Shown: positions 53,392 through 63,577 of the stretch, piece by piece | Layout: every line of letters starts with the position of its first letter | How positions within the stretch are numbered: position 1 is the first letter of the stretch | Source of the DNA: an uncultured cyanobacterium | GTDB taxonomy: Bacteria; Cyanobacteriota; Cyanobacteriia; Cyanobacteriales; Nostocaceae | Reading direction: 5' to 3' | Length of the DNA: 64,000 bases | NCBI GenBank assembly: GCA_963706595.1 | Contig: OY970166.1 | Span: forward strand, 2,400,001 to 2,464,000 | Made by a program: the position numbers and the translations under genes | Notes under the pieces: model-generated | What the model saw: only the letters and a program-made list of their open reading frames with translations | Databases searched by the model: none | What the model was told of the DNA's origin: nothing

Positions 53392-54189
53392 TTATTGTCC
53401 TAAATAGGCTTCTAAAACTTGAGTATTGGTTTGAATTTCGGCGGGAGTTCCTTCAGCTAAATTTTGACCTTCAGCCATGACCCAAACGCGATCGCACAAA
53501 GACATGATCAAATCCATGTTATGTTCAATAATCAGGAAGGTCAGACCGTCTTGACGGTTCCATCTGAGAATGCGATCGCATATATCATCAATCAATTTGG
53601 GATTCACCCCGGCGGCTGGTTCATCTAATAAAATTAACTTGGGATTAGTCATTAACGCCCGTCCCATTTCCAATAACTTGCGTTGTCCACCAGACAAGCC
53701 ACCAGCATATTCTTGTGCCTTTTGTGCCAATCCCACAGACTCTAACAAAGACATTGCTTGTTCTTTGAATTGCCTTTCTTCCTGAGCGACAATGTGGGGT
53801 TGTAACTGCACTTGCCAAAAATTCTCACCTGTTTGTTTTTGCGCCGCCAGCAGCATATTATCTAACACCGACAACCGCGAGAGAGTCCGCGCTACTTGAA
53901 AGGTGCGGATTAATCCCTGCTGGGCAATTTGATATGGTTCTAACTGCTGAATCGGTTCACCGTCAAAAATCACACGTCCCTTGTCTGGGCGAATAAAATT
54001 GGAAAGGAGGTTAAACAAAGTAGTTTTACCAGCACCATTGGGACCAATCAAGCCAGTAATACTACCTTTATTCACCTCAATTGTGGCATCCTTAACTGCT
54101 TGAATACCGCCAAAGCTTTTACAAAGTCCACTAGCAGCTAACAAAGGAAGTGGGTGTGACTGATTATTTACCATAAAATTCATACTCAA
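53392..54189 (-). CDS. natA: Neutral amino acid ABC transporter ATP-binding subunit
   Basis: GPNGAGKTT, LSGGQRK, LLDEPAAG, IIEH; LivG-type. Confidence 0.85.
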   Translation of the reverse strand: MSMNFMVNNQSHPLPLLAASGLCKSFGGIQAVKDATIEVNKGSITGLIGPNGAGKTTLFNLLSNFIRPDKGRVIFDGEPIQQLEPYQIAQQGLIRTFQVARTLSRLSVLDNMLLAAQKQTGENFWQVQLQPHIVAQEERQFKEQAMSLLESVGLAQKAQEYAGGLSGGQRKLLEMGRALMTNPKLILLDEPAAGVNPKLIDDICDRILRWNRQDGLTFLIIEHNMDLIMSLCDRVWVMAEGQNLAEGTPAEIQTNTQVLEAYLGQ

Positions 54190-54291
54190 TTAATTAAAAA
54201 TCACTTATGTAGCATTCCTAAATAAGTTGTGAACCTCTTTACTTCTTCTCTTGGCGACCTTGGCGACTTGGCGGTTCGCTGAATTCACCAA

Positions 54292-55428
54292 TCACTTACC
54301 AAGAGTGAGTTCCTCCTTTTTCCCTAAAATACCTTGAGGTCGCCAAACCATCAGAATCATTAAAATTAGACCAATAACCATGATCCGAAAAGCACCTAAT
54401 TGATCAGAAGATAAATTTGTAAAGATTTTCGGTAAAAATTCTCTGGTTGCAGCATCATAAGTAAAGAAAATGACCGCGCCTAAAATTGTGCCAATGTTAT
54501 TCCCCGAACCTCCTAAAATCACCATAATCCAAGCGTCAAAAGTTAGTTGGGGTTGGAAATTATCCGGGTAAATGGCGCTGAGTTGCCAAGCGAAGAAAGC
54601 CCCAGCGACACCTGCGATCGCACCTCCTAACATCAGTGATTGTACTTTATACCAAAAAACATTTTTACCCATAGCTTTAGGTACTTCTTCATCCTCACGG
54701 ATAGCTTTTAGCACACGACCCCAAGGCGATCGCACCAAAATTTCCAACCGCCAAAAAACGAATGCTAAAACCAACAGCGCCAACAGCATCAAACCTGCTT
54801 TGGGCTTATAATCATACAAACCAATAATTCCCGAAATATAAATTGCGGCTGTCAACAAAGCGAAGATAATTCCTACCCCCAAACGGGAAAGTAACTCTTG
54901 CTTTTTACTAACTTTCTTACCAGAATCAGCCAGCAGAGATTTTTGGGCGGTGCGAATCCATCGCCATAATGCAAATAAAGCGATCGCAGCCAGCAGTGTC
55001 AGCAATCCCATCATCACCAATCTGACAAACAAATTGGGTGCTGTAGATAAAGGGATAGGATAACTTTGGACACCAAAAGCCCCAGATATCCAGGTATCCT
55101 TCACAGGTAACTCTTGATTATTCACCACCAACCGAATTAATTCGCCCACCCCAATGGTGACAATAGCCAGATAATCTTCCCGTAAGCGCAGAGTTGCAAA
55201 ACCGATAATTAAACCCAACAAAGCTGCTACCATTGCGCCAACGACTGCTGACACCAGTAGAGGAACGCCCTGAAAGCTTAACAACACCGTGGTATAAGCC
55301 CCCAGAGTCATAAAAGCAATATGACCAAAATTAATTAACCCTGTATAGCCCCACTGCAAATTCAGTCCTAAACCAAACAGGGCAAAAATTGTCGTAGAAA
55401 TTGCTAAAAAAATGAGATATTCAACCAT
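54292..55428 (-). CDS. natC: Neutral amino acid ABC transporter permease
   Basis: LNLQWGYTG, LREDYLAIVT, GRVLKAIREDE, RPQGILG; LivM-type. Confidence 0.85.
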   Translation of the reverse strand: MVEYLIFLAISTTIFALFGLGLNLQWGYTGLINFGHIAFMTLGAYTTVLLSFQGVPLLVSAVVGAMVAALLGLIIGFATLRLREDYLAIVTIGVGELIRLVVNNQELPVKDTWISGAFGVQSYPIPLSTAPNLFVRLVMMGLLTLLAAIALFALWRWIRTAQKSLLADSGKKVSKKQELLSRLGVGIIFALLTAAIYISGIIGLYDYKPKAGLMLLALLVLAFVFWRLEILVRSPWGRVLKAIREDEEVPKAMGKNVFWYKVQSLMLGGAIAGVAGAFFAWQLSAIYPDNFQPQLTFDAWIMVILGGSGNNIGTILGAVIFFTYDAATREFLPKIFTNLSSDQLGAFRIMVIGLILMILMVWRPQGILGKKEELTLGK

Positions 55429-55600
55429 AGGAATTTAAATTTAGTTCTAATATGCTTTATCCATAACTTTGTCAAGCAGTTACACCGAACTTCCCTAGAT
55501 TTTTGCCCCACGCCTTCAAATAGGTTTAACTTTAGGATAATTTTATCCTGCCGTTAAGCATTGTTTATTTTTGGGAACAATAGTTTTGTATTTTGGGTAA

Positions 55601-55816
55601 ATGTTATCGTGTATTCCTATGAACTTGCTGAGAATTAGAATCCATCACTTAATCGAGCAATTAAATGATGAAGAATTGCAAAGTGCCTGGGAGACTCTCC
55701 ATGCTTTGCATTGTGACTCTTATATGTCCCAAGCGATACAACAAGCCAAGCAATTGCAGCAACCGTGGGATATTTTAACCCGTGAAGAAGCGAAACGAAT
55801 GTTAATGTATTTCTAA
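55601..55816 (+). CDS. Small antitoxin-like protein
   Basis: Small helical protein upstream of a RelE-like gene. Confidence 0.6.
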   Translation: MLSCIPMNLLRIRIHHLIEQLNDEELQSAWETLHALHCDSYMSQAIQQAKQLQQPWDILTREEAKRMLMYF

Positions 55817-55875
55817 ATGAGGAGCGCTTTCGAGCTAATGTCAGTAGACCTCAAGTTTTGTTAAGGTAACGTCTA

Positions 55876-56133
55876 GTGAGTTTGGAAGTGCGCTATGCCA
55901 GGTCTTTTTTAGTAGACCTGAAGAATTTAGAACCGGTTGTCTACCAACGGGTATATGATTTTGTCTTTTCCGAGTTTACTGAAAATATGCCTCTGCATAG
56001 TCTCCCAGAACTGCGATGCCTTGATGAAGAGGGAATTTTCCACCGTTTCACTCTCGATAATTATCTAGTGGGGATTGAAATTAGGGGTGAAATTGTCAAA
56101 TTTCTGCGTGTCATACCTATGCCAGAGGTCTAA
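55876..56133 (+). CDS. RelE/ParE-like protein
   Basis: VRYARSFLVDLK.L...HRFTLDNY.VG...FLRV. Confidence 0.7.
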   Translation: MSLEVRYARSFLVDLKNLEPVVYQRVYDFVFSEFTENMPLHSLPELRCLDEEGIFHRFTLDNYLVGIEIRGEIVKFLRVIPMPEV

Positions 56134-56276
56134 ATTGAGTGATAAATGTTAAATTATGGGCAGTTTGTGACTGATGCTCAATACCCAACACTTAAAACTG
56201 TATAAGGCTAGGCAGGGATGGCTGTAAGCTTACATTAAACTTGTTTTTGAAGCAATACTTTATTTGAGATTTCCCT

Positions 56277-57863
56277 ATGGATGCAAAGGCACTTTGGCAA
56301 CGATACCAAAACTGGTTATATTTCCACGAGGGACTAGGACTTTACCTTGACGTTAGTCGGATGGGTTTTGATCACGCTTTCGTGGAATCGTTGCGGCCGA
56401 AGTTTGACAAAGCGTTTGCGGATATGGCGGAATTAGAAAAGGGTGCGATCGCCAATCCTGACGAAGGCCGCATGGTGGGACATTACTGGCTGCGAAACCC
56501 TGATTTAGCACCCACACCAGAACTGACACAAGAGATAGTCCACACTCTCGAACAAATCGAAGCCTTTGCAGAAAAAGTCCACACAGGTGCGATTCATCCA
56601 CCTAAAGCCAGCCGCTTTACCGATATAATATCCATTGGGATTGGTGGTTCTGCACTGGGTCCAGAATTTGTTGCAGAAGCCCTTGCGCCTGATTTCCCCT
56701 CTCTAAAAATTCACTTTATCGACAATAGTGACCCCGCAGGAATTGACCGCACTCTCAACCAACTGGGAAACAGTCTATCCAGCACCTTGGTTTTAGTGAT
56801 TTCCAAATCTGGAGGCACACCGGAACCCCGCAATGGCATGATTGAAGTCAAAGCCGCCTATTCTGGTCAGAATTTAGACTTTGCTAAACACGCTGTCGCC
56901 ATTACTAGCGTTGATAGCAATTTAGATAAAGTCGCCCAAGCAGAAGGCTGGCTAGGCAGATTTCCCATGTATGACTGGGTGGGAGGACGTACTTCAGAAT
57001 TATCTGCTGTGGGGCTAGTACCAGCCGTATTACAAGGAATTGACATTCGCGCCATGATTGAGGGTGCGAAAGAAATGGATGATGCTACCCGCGTCCCCAA
57101 TTTGGAAAATAACCCGGCGGCTTTGTTAGCTTTGGCTTGGTATTTTTCCGGTAATGGTAAGGGTGAAAAAGATATGGTTGTCCTACCTTACAAGGACAGC
57201 TTGCTGTTGTTTAGTCGGTATTTACAACAGTTAGTCATGGAATCTTTAGGTAAAGAAAAAGACCTAGATGGCAATACTGTTTATCAAGGTATCGCCGTTT
57301 ACGGTAACAAAGGTTCCACAGACCAACACGCTTACGTGCAGCAATTACGTGAGGGTATCCCCAATTTCTTTGCTACCTTCATTGAAGTGTTAGAAGACCG
57401 TGAGGGTAAATCTTTAGAAATTGAACCTGGGGTGACATCAGGCGATTTTCTCTCTGGTTTCCTTTTAGGAACTCGACAAGCGCTGTACGAAAATCAGCGC
57501 GATTCGATTACAGTGACTATTCCCCAAGTCAACCCGAAAACTGTGGGTGCGTTAATTGCTTTGTATGAACGCGCTGTAGGTTTATACGCCAGCTTGGTGA
57601 ATGTCAACGCCTACCATCAACCTGGGGTAGAAGCTGGTAAAAAAGCTGCTGCGGTAATTCTGGAATTGCAATCTCAGGTAATGGCTGTATTGCAAAAGGA
57701 AAAAACCGCCCTTTCTCTGGAAGAAGTCGCCCAAAAAGCGGGTGCTGCTGAGGAAGTTGAGGCAATTTACAAGATTTTGCGGCATTTACACGCTAATGGG
57801 CGCGGTGTGGTGTTACAAGGTGAACTGGGTAAACCCGGTAGTTTGAAGGTTTCTGTGGGTTAA
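56277..57863 (+). CDS. pgi: Glucose-6-phosphate isomerase
   Basis: [39 protein letters not shown]. Confidence 0.98.
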   Translation: MDAKALWQRYQNWLYFHEGLGLYLDVSRMGFDHAFVESLRPKFDKAFADMAELEKGAIANPDEGRMVGHYWLRNPDLAPTPELTQEIVHTLEQIEAFAEKVHTGAIHPPKASRFTDIISIGIGGSALGPEFVAEALAPDFPSLKIHFIDNSDPAGIDRTLNQLGNSLSSTLVLVISKSGGTPEPRNGMIEVKAAYSGQNLDFAKHAVAITSVDSNLDKVAQAEGWLGRFPMYDWVGGRTSELSAVGLVPAVLQGIDIRAMIEGAKEMDDATRVPNLENNPAALLALAWYFSGNGKGEKDMVVLPYKDSLLLFSRYLQQLVMESLGKEKDLDGNTVYQGIAVYGNKGSTDQHAYVQQLREGIPNFFATFIEVLEDREGKSLEIEPGVTSGDFLSGFLLGTRQALYENQRDSITVTIPQVNPKTVGALIALYERAVGLYASLVNVNAYHQPGVEAGKKAAAVILELQSQVMAVLQKEKTALSLEEVAQKAGAAEEVEAIYKILRHLHANGRGVVLQGELGKPGSLKVSVG

Positions 57864-57945
57864 TAGTTTTAGCTGAAAAACCAGTTTGCGTTAGTCAATT
57901 GTTGGCAAGAATATAGCAATACTATCTGATTGGCAAACACGAGAG

Positions 57946-57982
57946 ACTCAGATCCCCGACTTCTTCAAGAAGTCGGGGATCT
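57946..57982. repeat. Dispersed palindromic repeat (copy of 1961-1997)
   Basis: ACTCAGATCCCCGACTTCTTCAAGAAGTCGGGGATCT. Confidence 0.9.
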
Positions 57983-58062
57983 TTCTATTCGTAAGTTAAT
58001 AAATAAAGATGTTATTGGCGTACAATTGAGTTAATGCAGTCTTGACAGTGAGGGTTAATAAT

Positions 58063-58380
58063 GTGACGCAATCAACGCCGAAACGACCCCTACGGCGAGG
58101 AAGAATTTTTCCTGAACTGACTTCAACACCAGAGGAACGGGCTAAACGTAAAGCTGAAGATGAAGTATTTTATCTCCGTTGTCGCGCTATATTTGAACGA
58201 GTTCGTCCCGATTTGATTTCAGAACACTATGGCTGGTATATTGCTGTAGAGCCGGATAGTGGTGATTATTTCGTTGATGAAGATAAAGAACTCGCTAGTC
58301 AGAAAGCGCATGAAAAGCACCCAAATGCTGTACATTGTATGTTCTGCCTGAATGAGACTGGAGCTACTGGCAGAATATGA
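58063..58380 (+). CDS. Small hypothetical partner protein (paralogue of 51746-52063)
   Basis: RRGRIFPE, HYGWYIAVEPDSGDYFVD, NETGATGRI; probable GTG start at 58063. Confidence 0.75.
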   Translation: MTQSTPKRPLRRGRIFPELTSTPEERAKRKAEDEVFYLRCRAIFERVRPDLISEHYGWYIAVEPDSGDYFVDEDKELASQKAHEKHPNAVHCMFCLNETGATGRI

Positions 58381-58739
58381 TTCAGGGTATATTTGGGAAT
58401 GAGGGGCAGCTATTTTTTGAAATTGAATTTATTAATAATGATGGATTAAATTTGCCTGTGGATGCCCTTTTAGATACGGGTTTCACAGGTTTTATGGCAA
58501 TTAATGAACAAGATTTAGATGGTCTTGATTGGCTATTTGTACGCCAAGAAATTCTGCGAACTGCACAAGGAGAAACAAATTTTAATATATATTTAGGGAA
58601 GGTTTTATTGGATGGACAGCAGTATGAGATTCCTGTTTGTGCGGGGGATGAAATAACAGAGGTTTTATTAGGTTCAGAGTGGTTGAAAATTTTGCCGTTG
58701 GTTGTGAATTTTCAGGCTGATATTTTGACTTTGGGTTAA
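58377..58739 (+). CDS. Clan AA aspartic protease (paralogue of 51366-51749)
   Basis: LLDTGFT, VLLG; ATGA overlap. Confidence 0.85.
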   Translation: MIQGIFGNEGQLFFEIEFINNDGLNLPVDALLDTGFTGFMAINEQDLDGLDWLFVRQEILRTAQGETNFNIYLGKVLLDGQQYEIPVCAGDEITEVLLGSEWLKILPLVVNFQADILTLG

Positions 58740-58789
58740 GATTTAAGGAACCGCAGAGGCGCAGAGAACGCAGAGGTAAGAGAATTTTG

Positions 58790-60262
58790 TTATTTGGCGG
58801 TGGTTGGTAAGTCGCGGAGAAAGTAAAAGCGATCGCTCTTCCAATCTTTTCCTTTTTCTCTTCCTAAATAGCCTGTGAGGGGTGAGGAAAGTTCTATTAA
58901 GATTTCGTGCATTTCCTCTTTTTTTAGGAGTTGTGGCGGATTTGAGCCAAAATATACGCCATGTAAGGTTTCGACTCCTGTTGATTTTTCCCCTGAGTTT
59001 TGCAGATAATTTTTTACTAGCTGGATTATGTGCGATCGCAATTTAATATGGTTTTCTATTTTATCTATATATTCATCAATTTTATCGTCTATTTGTCCAG
59101 GTTCTAAATATTTCTGCAATTCCAACAAATTGATTGCACCTGGATATTTTGCTTTCAGTTCAACCAGTTTTTGTAAAGTCATAGCATTAATAATACTTAC
59201 TTTCCATTCTTGTGCTGCTTTTTCTGTGTCTCTAGATGGCTTACCGGGACCAATTACTAATTTCGCTGAGTTGAAAAATTGCTCAGAACCTAAGTGCATT
59301 CCCCCAAGTTTAATTAATTCTTCCACAGTACCGCTAGGAATGAGCCTACCTGCTTTACATTCGCAAACTAGGGGATAAGGTTGTGAACAATATAAATCTA
59401 AGCCTCCCGCACCACCTTGATAAGCCTCTTCAATTTTGAATCCTAAAAAATCAAGGCTTTGACGGGCGATAATTTCAAAGTCTGTCCCAGCGTGATAATT
59501 ACTTTTTTTCTCTTCTAGTTCTATACTGCGATCGCCTAAAGATACAATTGTTTTTATCCAAGCTAAATCTGCATTAATAGACTGAGTTAAACTGTCACTA
59601 CTCCAACCCAAAAAGATTTTGATGTCATTATCTAATTGCTGCACGGCTGGGTTTGTGCTGGCTATTTGTGATAATGCACTTTGTAATTCTTCGAGTTCTG
59701 GGTGTTTGGGTGGTTCTAGGTTTTGTAATTGGCGTTGGCGTTGGGCGAAGATGCGATCGCTTAACACTGGTTTTGCTTCTGAAGCAGTAATATTAGATAA
59801 ACTAACAAATTTACCTAATTTTTCTTTAATGTCAGCATTAACAGAAATTTCTTTAAATTCAGGTAAATGATAAACTCGCAAGTAAGCCAGAAAAATATAC
59901 GGTTTTTTCTGTAATATTGCTTCAAATGCTTCTGGTGTCCAGATTGTTAATTGAGATAAAACGTCTAAAGGTTTAGTTTTATCTAGCATTTGGCAACGTT
60001 CACATCTCGCCCAAGCTTTAATTGAAACTATCGTAGAATCAATTTGTTGAATACCACTTTGAGCAATTGGTGAAAAACTAGGGCGGTAGTATTGCTCAAT
60101 TGAAAGTGGAATGCTTGAAGTATGAACAGGATAAAGAGCGAATTTATCCCCTGTATTCAACAATTTTTTGGGCATAGCTGTAATAATTCGCCCTTCTATT
60201 AAAGCTTCAACATCAGCATAAGGCAAGCATAGGGCTTTATAAATTAAAACTGATTTACTCAT
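58790..60262 (-). CDS. DUF1802-like N-terminal domain fused to a restriction-endonuclease-like (Mrr-type PD-(D/E)XK) domain
   Basis: N-terminal DVEALIEGR..FALYP..IKAWA.C..IWT..LAYLRVY; nuclease DFE...LGF...GGLDL...CECKAG. Confidence 0.75.
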   Translation of the reverse strand: MSKSVLIYKALCLPYADVEALIEGRIITAMPKKLLNTGDKFALYPVHTSSIPLSIEQYYRPSFSPIAQSGIQQIDSTIVSIKAWARCERCQMLDKTKPLDVLSQLTIWTPEAFEAILQKKPYIFLAYLRVYHLPEFKEISVNADIKEKLGKFVSLSNITASEAKPVLSDRIFAQRQRQLQNLEPPKHPELEELQSALSQIASTNPAVQQLDNDIKIFLGWSSDSLTQSINADLAWIKTIVSLGDRSIELEEKKSNYHAGTDFEIIARQSLDFLGFKIEEAYQGGAGGLDLYCSQPYPLVCECKAGRLIPSGTVEELIKLGGMHLGSEQFFNSAKLVIGPGKPSRDTEKAAQEWKVSIINAMTLQKLVELKAKYPGAINLLELQKYLEPGQIDDKIDEYIDKIENHIKLRSHIIQLVKNYLQNSGEKSTGVETLHGVYFGSNPPQLLKKEEMHEILIELSSPLTGYLGREKGKDWKSDRFYFLRDLPTTAK

Positions 60263-60264
60263 GA

Positions 60265-62229
60265 TTAATTAAACAAATCACTCAACTCGTCTGAGTCGTC
60301 TGTTTCACTAAGAGTTTCATTAAATAATTCATCTAAAACATCGCTATCATCATCAAGTTCAGGCATATTACCGGATGGATCACTTAAAATTTCTCGAAGT
60401 AAAAGATTATCAATCGTAATCTTATTTTTAGAAATAAAATCAAAAATTTGCTCCTCTGTTAATTGATAATTTGACCGCTTTTGAAAAATAGATGAAATTG
60501 CCACAAGTGGGCGAATTTGTTCTTCTATCAAATCTACGTGTTCTCCACCTTTTTCTGATATGAGTTCGTTCAGCCATTTAGAGGCTTCTGAATTTTTCTT
60601 CATTTGTTCTATCTTCGATTGCGAACGAACTAAACAACCACGAGTTAGATTAAATGTTTCATAATCAACTAAACGTTTTAATGCAGCTATTAATGTAAAT
60701 GGAGAATTTTGTATTACAGAAACACCAATCTTTACTTCTTTGCCATTCTCACTACCGAGAATTTTGAAATTAATAAAAACTTTATCCTGTGATTTAGGAC
60801 TATTCTGTGATTTAGGTTGAATATCGTTTGTAACTTCTTCAATCAATACTTCTTCTAATGTCTGCCCTTTTAAAGTTATAAAACCAAAGTATAGAGCTTC
60901 AGCAATTAGGTTGCTATCCTCTAAATACTCGTCACTATCAAATTCACTTTCCCTATTAAAGGCTAACTCAAACCTCTCAAATGGGTCAGATGGCAGTGGA
61001 TCTTGATCAATTTTAAAGTTATCTGCACACCATCGCAAAGCTTCCCTTACACTTGGTTTACTTACTTTTCCGTATTCTCGCAGTTTACTTTCTTCAAATG
61101 GGTAGAGTGCATGAGGAGGAATTAATATTTTTGACTTATAATACTCTTGCAGCCAAATAGTAACTAACTCAACCATAGAATCACCACTAACGTATTTTAA
61201 CTCTACTGGTTTTCGCTGTGTAAATTTTGAAATCCTATCAGGCGTACCACCTGGCAAAGAATTTACCTTGTCTCTCCATGTTTCAGGAAGCATTACTGTG
61301 AGAATTACAACACCTTGACTAAGTTCAAAATTTTCGAGCGTATCATGCATAATTTTCACTAAATTAGCTATTACGCTTTCGGTCGGCAACCCATCCTCTG
61401 TAGAATTATTTTTAACGTCTATTTCATCAAAACAAATTAGGACTGGGTTATAGTAACTGACCAAATTTATAATTTGCTGAATAGCTTTGAGAGCTTCAGC
61501 TTCTCTATCTTGATTAGTTTTACTAGGATTAGGTAATCCCAACTCATCAGCATTCAACTGAGCTAATTCTTCACCAGATAACCATTTAATTGCGAAGGGT
61601 GCTTGAGTTTCTGAAAGTGTCCATAAAATAGCCCGTAAGATATAAGGATCTGCATTGGGTTTATTTTTAAGAACTTGTGCTTGCAGAACATTCATTAAAT
61701 TTCTATTTTTTGCCAAGCTCCTTCTATATGCTTGGTCAAATTTTTTAACTAATTCTGCTGGCTTGGAAAAATTATCAGGTTTAACTTCGTTTACCATAGC
61801 TGTGGCTACTTCCTGCCACTGCATTACCCCTTGGCTACCAGTTTGACTCAGGCTATCTGCTAAGGTTTGCTGAAATTGGTACTTAACTAGATTTAAATCT
61901 GTATAGTTATTACCACCTGAATAAACGAATAAAGCACCTCCTTCTTTTTCCAGTTGATGACGAATGCGACTGAGAAGATGAGTTTTACCAACTCCTTGTT
62001 GTGCAGTTATGCTAATTGAAGTAATTTTATCTTGACTAAATTGACTTGTTCGCACAAATTCAATTGCCTCAAAAACTTTATTAGAAGCATGAGCATTTAA
62101 GGTAGATACATCTGGTAACTTTTTACCCCAAATATCCTGCTCTTTCGCAATGCCAGCATTGGTAAATGGATTGTGACTTTGAATAGCGGTGTTTACGGTT
62201 TCTATGGGGGAAGGAGGAGGATTTGTCAT
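60265..62229 (-). CDS. P-loop ATPase (AAA+-like), 654 aa
   Basis: Walker A AQQGVGKT, Walker B LICFDEID, LYPF...R motif. Confidence 0.82.
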   Translation of the reverse strand: MTNPPPSPIETVNTAIQSHNPFTNAGIAKEQDIWGKKLPDVSTLNAHASNKVFEAIEFVRTSQFSQDKITSISITAQQGVGKTHLLSRIRHQLEKEGGALFVYSGGNNYTDLNLVKYQFQQTLADSLSQTGSQGVMQWQEVATAMVNEVKPDNFSKPAELVKKFDQAYRRSLAKNRNLMNVLQAQVLKNKPNADPYILRAILWTLSETQAPFAIKWLSGEELAQLNADELGLPNPSKTNQDREAEALKAIQQIINLVSYYNPVLICFDEIDVKNNSTEDGLPTESVIANLVKIMHDTLENFELSQGVVILTVMLPETWRDKVNSLPGGTPDRISKFTQRKPVELKYVSGDSMVELVTIWLQEYYKSKILIPPHALYPFEESKLREYGKVSKPSVREALRWCADNFKIDQDPLPSDPFERFELAFNRESEFDSDEYLEDSNLIAEALYFGFITLKGQTLEEVLIEEVTNDIQPKSQNSPKSQDKVFINFKILGSENGKEVKIGVSVIQNSPFTLIAALKRLVDYETFNLTRGCLVRSQSKIEQMKKNSEASKWLNELISEKGGEHVDLIEEQIRPLVAISSIFQKRSNYQLTEEQIFDFISKNKITIDNLLLREILSDPSGNMPELDDDSDVLDELFNETLSETDDSDELSDLFN

Positions 62230-62279
62230 GGTGATTCGATGTGATGCGAGGAACTACAAGATGTGCAGGCAAAATTTGA

Positions 62280-62948
62280 TTAACTCAAGCGTTTGGCGTA
62301 AGAACGTAGTTGTGTGCCTGCTATAGAAATTGAATCTTCTCGTTTATCAGCAGTAAAGTCTGGTATTTCTCCAGTTATCAGCTGCAAAATGTCATCAGCT
62401 TGCATTTCTATCAGCCATTTGTTGAATTTTTCACGGCTAACGCGATCGCCTATTTCTCGCCTAATTCTGTAAATTGGCACTAAATTATCTAGACTGTGAT
62501 TTTGGTTCAGCTTGTCGTAGACTTCCAACGCGACAGACTTAAACTCGTCGTAAGAAGCAATATTTGCACTTTTCACTGCATTCACTGGTGCAGATGTACC
62601 AACACTTACATCTATCTGACTAATCCACCGCACCAACGCATTCGCCGCCCAAGTACCAACAATAGTCCCTTCAAACTTAAAATCACCACTTCTCAAACTC
62701 TCACTTAGAACCTCCAAACCCTTGGGAGAGTTAAGAGAGTATCCAGTTTTGGAAATAGCGATCGCGCCTTCCGCCTGTAATTCCGCGAATATGTCCTTAA
62801 AATCTGCTACCTTCTTACCCTTAGATATAATGCGCTTCGTTAGTTGACCCTTCTTAACTTCCTGCTTTGTTGCTCCCAAATCCCACAAAGCCAGCAGCAG
62901 ACGTGTTTTAGCTTGGGTAGCCTGTAAAAGATTTTGTCCCGCACCCAT
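62280..62948 (-). CDS. Hypothetical protein with two probable winged-helix domains
   Basis: LLLALWDLG..ELQAEGAI..YSL; LVPIYRIRR..SREKFNKWL.EMQADDILQL. Confidence 0.7.
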   Translation of the reverse strand: MGAGQNLLQATQAKTRLLLALWDLGATKQEVKKGQLTKRIISKGKKVADFKDIFAELQAEGAIAISKTGYSLNSPKGLEVLSESLRSGDFKFEGTIVGTWAANALVRWISQIDVSVGTSAPVNAVKSANIASYDEFKSVALEVYDKLNQNHSLDNLVPIYRIRREIGDRVSREKFNKWLIEMQADDILQLITGEIPDFTADKREDSISIAGTQLRSYAKRLS

Positions 62949-63577
62949 ACCATGTTTCCTATTTGACTAATAATTATTATCATAATGTGATTTGATGACT
63001 TTAGGTACAAAAATCAGATTATTTGCTAGATATTTCCCATCAATAGCTAAGTGTATTCATAATAAAACTGAAATATATCAAAAACTTAATTTAGGTAAAC
63101 TGGGGATAAATCTCAAAAAATAATTCCACCTTAGCACTGTCTGTGGCACAGTTCACATTGCTGCTCTAATACATTCTGCACTCGGATACTTCCGATACTA
63201 CCCCCCCTGCTCATACTTAATTTCTAAGGTAAACCAAAGCGATCGCCAATAATCTGACTTTGCGCTATTTTTTGATACTCAGCATTGCATCCACATCACT
63301 GTCACTGTATGTGGGTTGTAAATATTACTTTTATTTGTTTACGTATTATCAATGGAGTATTATTTATATCTACCTCAACTATTTTTTATACATTTCCTAT
63401 TGACTTTAATTCTTAAAAGCTCTACATTCTCTTATTGGAATAATTGATAATAATTGACGATATTTTTGCAAAGAGTTCTTAATAAAAATGTTAAATCTGC
63501 TCTTACAAGAGTTATGATTATTATTCTTAACTCTTAACTTTTATTCTGTAAATTGATCAAATTGACAGAGGCAAAGG

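Noticed and set aside
63400..63545. Pho box upstream of phnC
   Set aside because: CTTAA-like units are present, but I could not find the 11-bp periodic triple repeat.
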